Positions 1-10,553 of a DNA stretch of 39,415 nucleotides are shown in pieces. Position 1 is the stretch's first letter. The number at the start of each line of letters is the position of its first letter. A model generated the notes under the pieces. The model saw only the letters and a program-made list of their open reading frames with translations. It was not told the DNA's origin and searched no databases. The DNA is from a virus, in the UHGV virus genome UHGV-0176211, one strand, 5' to 3'. Both the position numbers and the translations under genes were made by a program.

Positions 1-116
1 CTTCTGGAGTGAATCCAGATTAAACATCTCATTGCTGATGCTTGATATTGAGCATCTGGCGCGCGGTAAGGGGCTGCGTTGAGATAAGAGCCAGTCATTA
101 CAAATACCAGGATTTA

Positions 117-140
117 GCCTCGCATTTGCGGGGCTTTTTT
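117..140 (+). terminator. Rho-independent terminator-like hairpin
   Basis: Seen in sequence: GCCTCGC-ATTT-GCGGGGC stem-loop (one G-U pair) followed by TTTTTT. Confidence 0.5.
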
Positions 141-286
141 ACATCTGCAGTAAACCGCGCATCGCAGCGCGTAACAATCCCGAGTCTTTCAGAAAGCTGA
201 GCCTGAGAATTGCCGTATATGGTGGCGACCATCTCGGGGACGGCTTTTCTGTGCGAACAGGCTCATCTTTCTAAAAGGTAAACGCT

Positions 287-772
287 ATGAATAACTTTGT
301 TGAAATTACCTCAAGAATTGGTCGCATGTACCAAGATTTTCTTATAAGTGGAAAGGGGGCTGGCGACATCATAGAGGAAATTGACAAGCTAAGTGCAGAG
401 CTGAGAAGGAATGGGTGTGTTAATTCTATCTTTTTTGAAACTTTGCTAAAGCAAGGCTTCATGTTTGACATGATTAATTACAACAAAGTCGCACCCAGTG
501 CTTCGCAAAAATCATATGTGTACGTTCTGCATGCTGAAGATAGTGGGCTAACAAAAATAGGGTTTAGTCGCAGGGTTAATAAACGAATTTCAGAGATATC
601 TCGCATGAGTGGTGGGAAGCTAAATCTAATTGCAAAGATTCCTGCCGATAGAGAGCTTGAAACCAAATTGCACCAAAAATATTACAACTATAGGTCGCAC
701 GGGGAGTGGTTTAGCCTCAATCGTTGTCATTTGAAAGAGCTAAAAGAAATGCCTGGTAACGAACTGAAATAA
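287..772 (+). CDS. T5orf172 (GIY-YIG-like) domain protein
   Basis: 161-aa ORF; C-terminal half shows YVYVL..KIGFS..R..E..EWF spacing typical of T5orf172/GIY-YIG-like domains. Family recalled, not searched. Confidence 0.5.
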   Translation: MNNFVEITSRIGRMYQDFLISGKGAGDIIEEIDKLSAELRRNGCVNSIFFETLLKQGFMFDMINYNKVAPSASQKSYVYVLHAEDSGLTKIGFSRRVNKRISEISRMSGGKLNLIAKIPADRELETKLHQKYYNYRSHGEWFSLNRCHLKELKEMPGNELK

Positions 773-950
773 TCCCCGGACTCATCAATTAACAGCAGTA
801 CCACGAAGCAACCCAAGCCAGTAAGTGGGGAAATAACACTGGCAGCCACTGAAAGATGAACCTCCTGCCTTATGGCAAAAAAGATTCTTTGTGGTGGCGG
901 ACTGATGGAAAGACATCTTAATCAAGCAACCACTCCACAGGGTCATAATT

Positions 951-1307
951 ATGAACGACCAGCAAATCGAAAAAGAAATCGTTGAGAAAGGCAAAACGGC
1001 ACCGCGAGTTACGCCTCAATATATCGAAAGCATCATTCTTGAAGAGCATTTCTTTACTGCTTATGACGGCATTCGTGCTGCCAATATGGGCGTTGGCGAT
1101 TCATGGACAGCGCATAAATCTACAGACCTCCTGACTTTCTGCGTACTGGTGCTGAAGAATGGCTTCACCGTCACCGGAGAGAGTGCCTGTGCAAGCCCGG
1201 AAAACTTTGATGCAGAAATTGGGCGGAAGATTGCCCGGCAGAATGCTGTAAACAAAATCTGGATGCTTGAAGGTTACTTGCTGAAGCAGAAGTTAAGCGA
1301 ACAGTAG
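951..1307 (+). CDS. Phage protein, tentatively Gp49/Sf6-gp66-like family
   Basis: 118-aa ORF; sequence resembles small conserved prophage proteins found just upstream of terminase genes. Family name tentative. Confidence 0.4.
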   Translation: MNDQQIEKEIVEKGKTAPRVTPQYIESIILEEHFFTAYDGIRAANMGVGDSWTAHKSTDLLTFCVLVLKNGFTVTGESACASPENFDAEIGRKIARQNAVNKIWMLEGYLLKQKLSEQ

Positions 1308-1410
1308 TTATTACAAAAGCCATTCCCTACAGAGTGGCTTTGATAATGGCTTATACCCTACACGGGATAACTTAACTGATATCCCTTTTAACGGATAAAC
1401 GGAGCCAACA

Positions 1411-1653
1411 ATGGCAGAGATTATTCCCATGACTGAAGAACAGAAATTCCAGTTAGAGATTTACAAGCTGGTCATGAACCAGAACGCAGCCGCAGAAGAA
1501 GCATTTCAGTTCATTGGCACTGACGAGCTGAAGCTTGAGCTATTCAAAATTCACTTCCAGTCAGGCGGCGCTAATTCAGATATCACGACCCGCACTATCG
1601 AAGCGGTACGTAAATCGAAGGAAGCGTTAGACCTGTTCACTACCGGAGTATAA
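1411..1653 (+). CDS. Hypothetical small acidic protein
   Basis: 80-aa ORF, same strand and tight spacing with neighbours; no recognisable motif. Confidence 0.4.
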   Translation: MAEIIPMTEEQKFQLEIYKLVMNQNAAAEEAFQFIGTDELKLELFKIHFQSGGANSDITTRTIEAVRKSKEALDLFTTGV

Positions 1654-1656
1654 GAG

Positions 1657-1944
1657 ATGACTGAACAAGAAATGCCGAGATACCAGTGCCACAAAAAAGT
1701 TCGCGCCCTGAAGATTGACTCTATAGAACATAAGCCAACCCCAGATAAGTCTGGTAAGACTGGCTCTTCTAGTTATGGGGCAATTATTCATCCGGATGAT
1801 AAGAAATACGCAGCATTTGATGTTAGCGCGGAATATATCTGTAAGCACCGACCAATGTCTGGAGGCTATTACGTTGTCTATGAGGATGGATATGAATCAT
1901 ATTCTCCTGCTGAGGTATTTGAGTCTGGATATTCAAAATTATAG
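1657..1944 (+). CDS. Hypothetical protein
   Basis: 95-aa ORF starting 4 nt after the previous stop; no recognisable motif. Confidence 0.4.
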   Translation: MTEQEMPRYQCHKKVRALKIDSIEHKPTPDKSGKTGSSSYGAIIHPDDKKYAAFDVSAEYICKHRPMSGGYYVVYEDGYESYSPAEVFESGYSKL

Positions 1945-1953
1945 GAACCCTCT

Positions 1954-2133
1954 ATGACAAGCGTCGTTGATCTTGGTAAGGAGAAGAAATTCCCAATTAC
2001 TCAAGAGCTATACGAGCGGCTTGAAAGCGTCATCCATGATTACGATGGTGAAATCAGTTTATGCGAGGCGATTGGCGCACTCGAATTGCTGAAGCAGTCA
2101 CTGATTGAAGGCGCGAAAGAGTCCTCAACCTGA
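1954..2133 (+). CDS. Hypothetical small protein
   Basis: 59-codon ORF found by eye (ATG 1954, TGA 2131-2133), AGGA upstream; below the ORF-track size cutoff. Confidence 0.3.
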   Translation: MTSVVDLGKEKKFPITQELYERLESVIHDYDGEISLCEAIGALELLKQSLIEGAKESST

Positions 2134-2156
2134 AATGACAATTAAGTGAGATAAAT

Positions 2157-2579
2157 ATGGCGACTGAACCAAAAGCTGGTCGCCCCTCTGATTATATGCC
2201 GGAGGTGGCTGACGATATCTGCTCGTTGCTTTCTTCTGGCGAAAGTTTGCTGAAAGTATGTAAGCGTCCTGGTATGCCGGATAAGTCCACTGTTTTCCGC
2301 TGGTTGGCAAAGCATGAGGATTTCCGCGACAAGTACGCGAAGGCAACAGAGACTCGGGCCGACTCTATTTTCGAAGAGATATTCGAAATTGCTGACAATG
2401 CGATTCCAGATGCTGCTGAGGTGGCAAAGGCAAGACTTCGCGTTGATACCCGCAAATGGGCGCTGGCCCGAATGAATCCCCGTAAGTATGGCGACAAGGT
2501 AACTAATGAGCTTGTCGGCAAAGACGGCGGCGCAATTCAGATTGAAACATCACCGATGAGCACTCTATTCGGAAAATGA
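2157..2579 (+). CDS. Terminase small subunit (Sf6 gp1-like)
   Basis: 140 aa, N-terminal HTH-like segment (KSTVFRWLAKHEDFRDKY), sits directly upstream of and overlaps the large terminase; length matches Sf6 gp1 (recalled). Confidence 0.75.
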   Translation: MATEPKAGRPSDYMPEVADDICSLLSSGESLLKVCKRPGMPDKSTVFRWLAKHEDFRDKYAKATETRADSIFEEIFEIADNAIPDAAEVAKARLRVDTRKWALARMNPRKYGDKVTNELVGKDGGAIQIETSPMSTLFGK

Positions 2580-3991
2580 CCACGATTAATCCTATCTTTG
2601 AACCGTTCATTGAGGCGCATCGCTACAAGGTCGCCAAAGGCGGTCGAGGTAGCGGTAAGTCATGGGCAATTGCGAGGCTGCTTGTTGAGGCGGCGCGTCG
2701 GCAGCCTGTGCGTATTCTCTGCGCTCGTGAACTGCAAAACAGTATCAGCGATTCGGTAATCCGGTTGCTTGAAGATACCATCGAGCGTGAAGGATATTCG
2801 GCTGAGTTTGAAATTCAGCGTTCCATGATTCGTCATCTCGGAACGAATGCTGAATTCATGTTCTACGGCATCAAAAACAACCCGACGAAGATTAAATCGC
2901 TCGAAGGTATTGATATCTGCTGGGTGGAAGAAGCGGAAGCGGTAACGAAGGAATCATGGGATATCCTGATACCAACCATCCGCAAGCCGTTTTCAGAAAT
3001 ATGGGTGAGCTTTAACCCGAAGAACATCCTCGACGATACCTATCAGCGATTCGTCGTAAATCCTCCTGATGATATTTGCCTGCTGACGGTGAACTACACC
3101 GACAACCCGCACTTTCCTGAAGTTCTCCGTCTGGAGATGGAAGAGTGCAAACGCAGAAATCCGACACTGTATCGTCACATCTGGCTTGGTGAGCCGGTAA
3201 GCGCAAGTGATATGGCAATCATCAAACGTGAATGGCTTGAAGCTGCAACCGATGCGCACAAGAAACTCGGATGGAAAGCGAAAGGCGCTGTTGTTTCTGC
3301 ACATGACCCGTCAGATACAGGGCCAGATGCTAAAGGTTACGCATCGCGCCACGGTTCGGTAGTTAAGCGCATTGCCGAAGGTCTGCTGATGGACATCAAC
3401 GATGGTGCTGACTGGGCTACTTCGCTGGCGATTGAAGACGGCGCTGACCACTACCTGTGGGATGGTGATGGTGTTGGTGCCGGGCTACGCAGACAGACAA
3501 CGGAAGCGTTCTCCGGCAAGAAAATCACCGCCACGATGTTCAAGGGAAGTGAATCGCCATTCGATGAAGATGCGCCGTATCAGGCCGGAGCATGGGCCGA
3601 TGAAGTCGTACAGGGCGACAACGTTCGCACTATTGGCGATGTGTTCCGCAATAAGCGAGCGCAATTCTATTACGCGCTGGCTGACAGGCTGTATCTGACA
3701 TATCGGGCGGTTGTTCATGGTGAGTATGCAGACCCCGACGACATGCTGAGTTTCGACAAAGAAGCGATAGGCGAGAAGATGCTGGAGAAGCTGTTTGCAG
3801 AACTGACGCAGATTCAGCGCAAATTCAATAATAACGGGAAGCTGGAGCTAATGACTAAGGTCGAAATGAAGCAGAAGCTCGGTATTCCATCTCCTAACCT
3901 GGCTGATGCGCTGATGATGTGTATGCATTGCCCGGAGTCGGCTGCGCAACCCGACTATTCCAGTTACTCAATTCCTTGTGGTGTAGGTTGA
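2576..3991 (+). CDS. Terminase large subunit
   Basis: 471 aa; Walker A GGRGSGKS near N-terminus, C-terminal nuclease-like region; ATGA overlap with small subunit. Confidence 0.9.
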   Translation: MTTINPIFEPFIEAHRYKVAKGGRGSGKSWAIARLLVEAARRQPVRILCARELQNSISDSVIRLLEDTIEREGYSAEFEIQRSMIRHLGTNAEFMFYGIKNNPTKIKSLEGIDICWVEEAEAVTKESWDILIPTIRKPFSEIWVSFNPKNILDDTYQRFVVNPPDDICLLTVNYTDNPHFPEVLRLEMEECKRRNPTLYRHIWLGEPVSASDMAIIKREWLEAATDAHKKLGWKAKGAVVSAHDPSDTGPDAKGYASRHGSVVKRIAEGLLMDINDGADWATSLAIEDGADHYLWDGDGVGAGLRRQTTEAFSGKKITATMFKGSESPFDEDAPYQAGAWADEVVQGDNVRTIGDVFRNKRAQFYYALADRLYLTYRAVVHGEYADPDDMLSFDKEAIGEKMLEKLFAELTQIQRKFNNNGKLELMTKVEMKQKLGIPSPNLADALMMCMHCPESAAQPDYSSYSIPCGVG

Positions 3992-3992
3992 T

Positions 3993-6191
3993 ATGGCAGA
4001 AAAAAAGATGACTGACTGGCATCGCAAGGTGCTGTGCAACTTTGATAATGCCTGGTCAGCAACGCAGGATATGCGTGAGCAGATTATTGAGGCTCAACGT
4101 TTCGTCCGGGTATCCGGCGCACAGTGGGAAGGCAGCACAAACGCTGGTTACTCATTTGATGAAGGCAGGTTTGAGCATTACCCGCGCTTTGAACTGAATA
4201 AGATTGCCCGTGAATGTGATCGCATCATTGGCGAGTATCGACAGAATCGCATCAGCGTTAAATTCAGGCCGAAGGACGATAAGGCATCGGAAGCGTTAGC
4301 CGAAAAGATGAACGGCAAATTCCGCGCTGACTATCAGGAAACATCCGGTGGTGAAGCGTGTGATAACGCATTTGATGATGCTGTAACGGGCGGATTCGGT
4401 TGTTTCCGCATGTGTGCCGATTACGAAGATGAAATGGATCCGAGTAACGAGCAGCGACGCATCAGCCTTCTTCCTGTTTACGACCCAGCGACATGCGTCT
4501 TCTTCGATCAGGACAGCAAGCAATATGACCGCTCTGATGCTATGTGGGCTATGGAAATGTTCTCCATGACGCCTAAAGCGTTCGAAGCTGAATACCCTGA
4601 TTCCATCGCTGCAAGCCTTTCTCGTGATGACACTGGCACTCAATATGACTGGTCAACTCCTGATGCTATCTATGTTGGTCGCTACTATGAAGCCCGCATA
4701 GAGAAGGTGAAGCTCACGGCGTGGCGCAACCCTGTTAGCGGAGAAACGGCAATCTATGATGAAGAGCAAATCAAAGATATTGTCGACGAGCTAACCGATG
4801 GTGCATTCGAACTGATCGGTGAGCGAACGGTGAAGAAACGCCGCGTTTATTGCGGTCTTCTGTCTGGCGCTGAATGGCTGGAAGAACCGAAGCGCATTCC
4901 GGGCGAACATATTCCTCTCATCCCGGTATATGGGCGTCGTTCATTTGTTGATAATCAGGAGCGAATCGAAGGCCACGCAGCAAAAGCGATGGATGCACAG
5001 CGTCTTGAGAACCTGATGGTTTCCATGATTGCAGATAACGCTACTCAGGCTGGCGGTGATGGCATTCCTGTAGTTGATGTTGACATGATTCCTGGTCCTC
5101 TCGCCAATCATTGGGCGGAGCGCAACAAAAAGCGCCCGGCGTTCCTGCCGATGGTAAGTCTGAAAAACAAAAACGGAGATATTACTGCGCAGGCTCAGGT
5201 CAGCAGTTATACACCTCCGACACAAATGCCTCCAGCTCTTGCCGGGCTATTGCAGTACACCGGAACGGCTATTCAGCAAATTACAGGTGCGTCGCAGCTT
5301 GAGAACATGCCGAGCAACGTCGCCACCGATACCGTTGATAGCATCTTTAACCGGATGGACACGCAGTCCTATATCTACATGGACAACATGGCTAAATCCA
5401 TGCGTCGCGCTGGCGTTGTGTGGCTTTCTATGGCGCGTGAGGTCTATGGCAGTGATACGCCGATGCGTATCGTTAATGAGGACGGCAGCGATGACGTGGC
5501 GTTGATGACTGGTGAAGTGGTTGACCGTCAGACAGGGCAGGTTATCGCGCTTAATGACCTTTCGCAGGGCAACTATGAAGTGACTGTCGATGTCGGTCAG
5601 TCGTTCGCTACTCGCCGTGATGCAACGGTTAAGTCGTTACTTTCCATGCTGGCACTTATCCCACCAGAAACGCCGAAACACGACCTTGTATCGTCGATGA
5701 TCCTCGACAATATGGACGGCGAAGGGATGGACGACCTTAAAGAATACAACCGCAATCAGTTGCTTCTGTCTGGAGTTATCAAGCCGAGAACGCCAGAAGA
5801 ACAGCAGATGGTTGAGCAGGCGAAACAACAACAGGCCAGTCAGCCAGATCCGGCTATGGTTGCTGCGCAAGGTCAGCTTCTTGCTGGTCAGGCTGAATTG
5901 CAGAAAGCGCAGAACGAACAGGCAGCCATTCAGGTTAAAGCATTCCAGGCACAGACTGATGCTCAGGTTGCAGCGGCAAATGTTGTGAAAATACTCGCAT
6001 CTGCCGATAGTCAGCAGAAATCTGATATCCGCGAGGCTCTGAAACTGCTCGGACAGTTCCAGCAACAGCAAGGAGACAATGCCCGTGCTGATGCAGAGCT
6101 TGTCCTGAAAAGTCAGGCACAGGGTCATGCGCAGCGCATGGACATCAGCAGCATCCTGCAAAAATCAACTCAGCAACAACCACAGCAGTAA
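3993..6191 (+). CDS. Portal protein (P22 gp1-like)
   Basis: 732 aa, position after terminase, long Gln/Ala-rich helical C-terminus like the P22 portal barrel. Confidence 0.85.
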   Translation: MAEKKMTDWHRKVLCNFDNAWSATQDMREQIIEAQRFVRVSGAQWEGSTNAGYSFDEGRFEHYPRFELNKIARECDRIIGEYRQNRISVKFRPKDDKASEALAEKMNGKFRADYQETSGGEACDNAFDDAVTGGFGCFRMCADYEDEMDPSNEQRRISLLPVYDPATCVFFDQDSKQYDRSDAMWAMEMFSMTPKAFEAEYPDSIAASLSRDDTGTQYDWSTPDAIYVGRYYEARIEKVKLTAWRNPVSGETAIYDEEQIKDIVDELTDGAFELIGERTVKKRRVYCGLLSGAEWLEEPKRIPGEHIPLIPVYGRRSFVDNQERIEGHAAKAMDAQRLENLMVSMIADNATQAGGDGIPVVDVDMIPGPLANHWAERNKKRPAFLPMVSLKNKNGDITAQAQVSSYTPPTQMPPALAGLLQYTGTAIQQITGASQLENMPSNVATDTVDSIFNRMDTQSYIYMDNMAKSMRRAGVVWLSMAREVYGSDTPMRIVNEDGSDDVALMTGEVVDRQTGQVIALNDLSQGNYEVTVDVGQSFATRRDATVKSLLSMLALIPPETPKHDLVSSMILDNMDGEGMDDLKEYNRNQLLLSGVIKPRTPEEQQMVEQAKQQQASQPDPAMVAAQGQLLAGQAELQKAQNEQAAIQVKAFQAQTDAQVAAANVVKILASADSQQKSDIREALKLLGQFQQQQGDNARADAELVLKSQAQGHAQRMDISSILQKSTQQQPQQ

Positions 6192-6281
6192 TTAACCCAT
6201 AACGTGCAATGGCTGTCTTTATGAGGCCTGGCACCCTATTGCCTTCCGATGGGCTGAACATCGAGTAAACAGGGGTAACAA

Positions 6282-7175
6282 ATGGACCAGATGGCAGAAA
6301 ACACACCAGAAGTTGAAATCGAAACCGACGCGTCAGAGCAGATTCCTGATGATGTCGAACTGGCTGAAAAAGTCGAAACAGAAGATGGCAGTGAGTCCTC
6401 AGGCAATGATGCAGAGGAGGCTACTGAAACTGATGACGACGAATCAGAACAGGAATTCTACTTTGGTGACGAAAAGCTGGATTCGCCAACCAGCGAAGAT
6501 AGCGCAGAGCATGGACTGGTAAAACACCTGCGCAAGACGATTAAAGAGAAAGACCGTGAGCTGAAAGAGCTGATGCGTCAGTCTCAGAAACCCGTCGAGC
6601 AGCAGCCAGTAATCACTCAACCACCGCGAATGCCAAAACTGGATGATGAGGACATCGGTTTCGATGAAGAAATCTACCAGCAACGCATGGCTAAGTGGGC
6701 AGAGGATAACGGCAAGTACCAGCAACAGGAGATGGCTCGCAAGCAGAAGGAGCAGGAGCTTCAGGCTGCCTATCAAGAGCGATTATCCAAATATCAGCAA
6801 CGTGTTAAGGCTCTCAAAGTTCCTGGCTATCAGGAAGCTGAGCAGGCCGTACTCGAGGAAATCCCCATCGAGACACAAAACGCGATCCTGTTTGAGTCAG
6901 AGAAGCCGGAAATCGTTGTTCTGGCGCTTGGTCGCAACGCTGAACTGCGCAAGCAACTGGCAGAAGCTACCAACCCCGTAGCAATTGGTCGTCTGCTGGA
7001 ACGTATCGAATCGAAGGCCAGAATCATGCCAAAAGCAAAAACCACGGCAGCCACAACCCCGACAGTTAAGGGGAGCAACGGCGCAGTAATCAATAACCTC
7101 GACAAACTGAAAGCCAAGGCGCTGGAAACTGGCGACTGGACGCCGTATTTCGCCGCTAAAAAGGCAAAAAAATAA
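6282..7175 (+). CDS. Scaffolding protein
   Basis: 297 aa, very acidic N-terminus, coiled-coil-like middle, basic C-terminus; lies between portal and coat. Confidence 0.75.
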   Translation: MDQMAENTPEVEIETDASEQIPDDVELAEKVETEDGSESSGNDAEEATETDDDESEQEFYFGDEKLDSPTSEDSAEHGLVKHLRKTIKEKDRELKELMRQSQKPVEQQPVITQPPRMPKLDDEDIGFDEEIYQQRMAKWAEDNGKYQQQEMARKQKEQELQAAYQERLSKYQQRVKALKVPGYQEAEQAVLEEIPIETQNAILFESEKPEIVVLALGRNAELRKQLAEATNPVAIGRLLERIESKARIMPKAKTTAATTPTVKGSNGAVINNLDKLKAKALETGDWTPYFAAKKAKK

Positions 7176-7193
7176 CCTATCGGAGCATTAAGC

Positions 7194-8453
7194 ATGCCTA
7201 ACCAATTAGCAAAAGACCTTGAAATCATGTTCGAAAACTACGTTGAAGGCTTTGAGGCCGCCTGCGTAGTTTCCCGTAACGCTAAAAAATTCCGTCCCGG
7301 TGATACGGCAATGCAGCGAGCAGGTGATGTTCTGTATCGTCCGCAGCATTACCACATGAACATTGAGGAGGGCTTGGATCTCACCAACAAAACGCCAACA
7401 GCACTGGTTCAGCGCCTTGTTCCTTCTGTGTTCAAGGAGCCGAAAAACATTCTGTACACTCTGGATGCGCGTGAAATGCGTGACCCTGAGCATAAAACTG
7501 AAGCTGGTCGCGCCGCAGGTATGCGCCTTGCTGCACAGATTGACTCTGACCTGATTTCCATGGTCACGCAGCGTGCTACTAACGTGATCACAGTTCCTGA
7601 CTCAGCAGCTGGCTCACGGGGCCTTGCCTTGTGGAATGGTGCGGCAGATATTGATGCCACCATGACGGCGATTGGTGTACCTCAGGGTATCAACCGTCGC
7701 TCTTTCTGGAACCCATTCAACTACAAAGACCTTGCTGGCGAGCTTGGTCACCGTGCCTACGCTCAGGGCGCAACCCTGACAGCATACGAAAAAGCGCAGA
7801 TCCCTCCGGTTGCTTCCTTTGATAGCTACAAGACCGATATTTCCGGTCGATTACCGGCAGGAAGCACTGAAACCTTGAAAGTATCAAATCAACCTGAACA
7901 CAAGGTTGAAGCGAAAGATTCAAATGGCATGCCTGTTGATAACCGACAGGGGACCATTACGGTATCTGCTAAAGGCTTGCAGGTTGGCGATGCGTTTACC
8001 ATCGCAGGTGTGAATTCCGTACACCAGATCACCAAAGATACCACCGGGCAGCCGCAGGTATTCCGCGTTCTGGCAGTAGACACAACAGGAACCACCGTAA
8101 CAATCTCTCCAAAGATTCTCCCTGTTGGAAATGCCGATGTTGCGAGCCGTCCATATGCAAACGTCGATGCCAAGCCGGCAGAAACTGCAGCAATCACCAT
8201 TCTCAACAAGAACGCAGCACCTGCTAACCTGTTCTGGGCTGATGGTTCTGTTGAGCTGATGTACGGCAAACTGGCATTCCCGACAGGTCAGGGTCCACAG
8301 GTAATGACAGCAACCACCGAGCAGGGCGCTACGCTGATCATGTCTTATGCCTTCGACCACATCAAAGGCGTAACCACTGCTCGTTTCACCACTCTGTACG
8401 GTTGCTCTGTACTTGTTCCTGAATATACGGGCATCGTTATTGCCGGGCAGTAA
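7194..8453 (+). CDS. Major capsid (coat) protein
   Basis: 419 aa, position after scaffold; size and order match P22/Sf6 coat. Confidence 0.8.
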   Translation: MPNQLAKDLEIMFENYVEGFEAACVVSRNAKKFRPGDTAMQRAGDVLYRPQHYHMNIEEGLDLTNKTPTALVQRLVPSVFKEPKNILYTLDAREMRDPEHKTEAGRAAGMRLAAQIDSDLISMVTQRATNVITVPDSAAGSRGLALWNGAADIDATMTAIGVPQGINRRSFWNPFNYKDLAGELGHRAYAQGATLTAYEKAQIPPVASFDSYKTDISGRLPAGSTETLKVSNQPEHKVEAKDSNGMPVDNRQGTITVSAKGLQVGDAFTIAGVNSVHQITKDTTGQPQVFRVLAVDTTGTTVTISPKILPVGNADVASRPYANVDAKPAETAAITILNKNAAPANLFWADGSVELMYGKLAFPTGQGPQVMTATTEQGATLIMSYAFDHIKGVTTARFTTLYGCSVLVPEYTGIVIAGQ

Positions 8454-8494
8454 TTTTGGTGGGGCTTCGGCCCCATTTTTATTGGGAGAAGACA

Positions 8495-8683
8495 ATGGCA
8501 CGAACAATGCTCTATAAGCCTGGCAACATGATCACCTGTGGTCAGTTTGCTGTCGATTACATCATTGTTGATGACGAAGAAGTTAAATCTCACCTGAAAA
8601 AAGGTTGGGTAAAAACTCCTGAAGAAACCGCAACGAAGCAAAAAGTGGCTAAGGCGGAAGAAGATGGCAAAAACGAAGGGTGA
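8495..8683 (+). CDS. Hypothetical small protein
   Basis: 62-aa ORF from ATG 8495 with GGAGAA upstream (track ORF starts 8456); lies between coat and gp4-like gene. Confidence 0.35.
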   Translation: MARTMLYKPGNMITCGQFAVDYIIVDDEEVKSHLKKGWVKTPEETATKQKVAKAEEDGKNEG

Positions 8684-9125
8684 TCTCGTTCTTAAGGCTT
8701 TACGAAAAGCCGGGCTGTATTCCAATGCCACGTTGACAGATGCCGACCCTCAGGCAATTGAAGATGCCATTAATGACCTCGAAGACATGATGGCAGCATG
8801 GCAGGCGAAAGGTATCGAGCTTGGATATCAGTTTGCTGATACAGAAAACGGCATCATGCCGTTACCTGACGATGATTCAGGCATCCCAGCATGGGCAAAT
8901 GATGGCGTCGCTTTGAAACTCGCTGTGCAAGTGTGCATGGATAACGTCATTCAGCCGTCAGACGCTCTCCTTACCGCTGCTGACAGTGCATATCAGACAA
9001 TCTGTATCGCTTTAACCAAAATACCACCACTTGAGCGGCGAAATGACATGCCTCGCGGGGCGGGGTTAAAAAGCGCGTTTACGTGGAATCGGTTTTACAT
9101 CGAGAAAGATGATCCGAGTACGTGA
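8664..9125 (+). CDS. Tail accessory / head-completion protein (P22 gp4-like)
   Basis: 153 aa, position and size consistent with P22 gp4. Confidence 0.6.
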   Translation: MAKTKGDLVLKALRKAGLYSNATLTDADPQAIEDAINDLEDMMAAWQAKGIELGYQFADTENGIMPLPDDDSGIPAWANDGVALKLAVQVCMDNVIQPSDALLTAADSAYQTICIALTKIPPLERRNDMPRGAGLKSAFTWNRFYIEKDDPST

Positions 9126-9134
9126 GGTGAATAA

Positions 9135-10553
9135 ATGCCGATTCAGCAACTTCCGCTTATGAAAGGTGTCGGCAAAGATTTCAGAAACGCCGACTATATC
9201 GACTATCTGCCAGCGAATATGTTGGCTACACCCAAAGAAATACTCAACAGCAGCGGATATCTTCGCTCATTCCCGGGCATTGCCAAACGTTCTGATGTGA
9301 ATGGTGTATCGCGCGGTGTCGAGTACAACATGGCGCAGAATGCTGTTTATCGTGTGTGTGGTGGCAAGCTGTACAAAGGAGAAAGTGAAGTCGGTGACGT
9401 CGCCGGAAGTGGTCGTGTATCAATGGCGCATGGTCGGACATCTCAGGCTGTAGGCGTTAATGGTCAACTGGTCGAGTATCGCTATGATGGCACGGTTAAA
9501 ACCGTCTCAAACTGGCCTACATACAGCGGATTCACGCAGTATGAGTTAGGTTCTGTTCGTGACATTACGCGCTTACGTGGGCGTTATGCGTGGTCAAAAG
9601 ACGGCACTGATTCATGGTTTATCACTGACCTTGAAGACGAATCGCATCCTGACCGTTACAGCGCACAATATCGTGCCGAGTCTCAGCCGGACGGCATCAT
9701 CGGTATCGGGACATGGCGAGACTTCATCGTCTGCTTTGGTTCATCGACTATTGAATATTTCTCCCTGACGGGCGCAACCACCGTTGGTGCCGCTTTGTAT
9801 GTCGCACAGCCATCACTGATGGTGCAGAAAGGCATTGCCGGAACTTACTGCAAAACGCCGTTTGCTGATTCCTATGCGTTTATCAGCAATCCGGCAACAG
9901 GTGCTCCGTCTGTATACATCATCGGCTCCGGTCAGGTATCACCAATCGCCAGCGCGAGCATTGAGAAAATCCTTCGTTCCTACACTGCTGATGAACTGGC
10001 TGATGGTGTGATGGAATCGCTGCGATTTGATGCTCATGAGTTGCTGATTATCCATCTTCCGCGCCATGTCCTCGTATACGACGCATCTTCAAGCGCCAAT
10101 GGCCCACAATGGTGTGTGTTGAAAACAGGCCTGTATGACGATGTGTACCGCGCTATCGACTTCATTTATGAAGGCAATCAGATAACGTGCGGCGATAAGC
10201 TGGAATCGGTTACTGGCAAATTGCAGTTCGATACCAGCAGCCAGTATGGGCTACAGCAAGAACACCAGTTGTTTACACCACTCATCAAAGCGGATAACGG
10301 CAGATGTTTTGATCTGGAAGTTGAATCATCGACTGGTGTCGCTCAGTACGCTGACCGCCTGTTCATCTCTGCAACCGCTGACGGCATCAACTGGGGGCGT
10401 GAGCAGATGATTGAGCAGAATGAACCGTTCGTTTATGACAAACGTGTTTTGTGGAAGCGAGTCGGGCGCATCAGGAAAAACATTGGCTTCAAATTGCGCG
10501 TTATCACGAAGTCACCTGTAACTCTGTCAGGCTGCAAGATAAGGGTTGAGTAA
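9135..10553 (+). CDS. Tail accessory protein (P22 gp10-like)
   Basis: 472 aa, same length as P22 gp10, conserved position. Confidence 0.75.
   Translation: MPIQQLPLMKGVGKDFRNADYIDYLPANMLATPKEILNSSGYLRSFPGIAKRSDVNGVSRGVEYNMAQNAVYRVCGGKLYKGESEVGDVAGSGRVSMAHGRTSQAVGVNGQLVEYRYDGTVKTVSNWPTYSGFTQYELGSVRDITRLRGRYAWSKDGTDSWFITDLEDESHPDRYSAQYRAESQPDGIIGIGTWRDFIVCFGSSTIEYFSLTGATTVGAALYVAQPSLMVQKGIAGTYCKTPFADSYAFISNPATGAPSVYIIGSGQVSPIASASIEKILRSYTADELADGVMESLRFDAHELLIIHLPRHVLVYDASSSANGPQWCVLKTGLYDDVYRAIDFIYEGNQITCGDKLESVTGKLQFDTSSQYGLQQEHQLFTPLIKADNGRCFDLEVESSTGVAQYADRLFISATADGINWGREQMIEQNEPFVYDKRVLWKRVGRIRKNIGFKLRVITKSPVTLSGCKIRVE

Noticed and set aside
271-471. 66-aa minus-strand ORF overlapping the start of the T5orf172-like gene
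   Set aside because: Antisense to a better-supported ORF, no RBS or motif; likely a spurious frame.
5637-6161. 174-aa minus-strand ORF inside the portal gene
   Set aside because: Fully embedded antisense in a strongly supported structural gene; the Leu/Cys-rich composition is typical of reverse-frame reading of Gln/Ala-rich coding DNA.
7920-8507. 195-aa minus-strand ORF inside the coat gene
   Set aside because: Antisense to the major capsid gene; no independent support.
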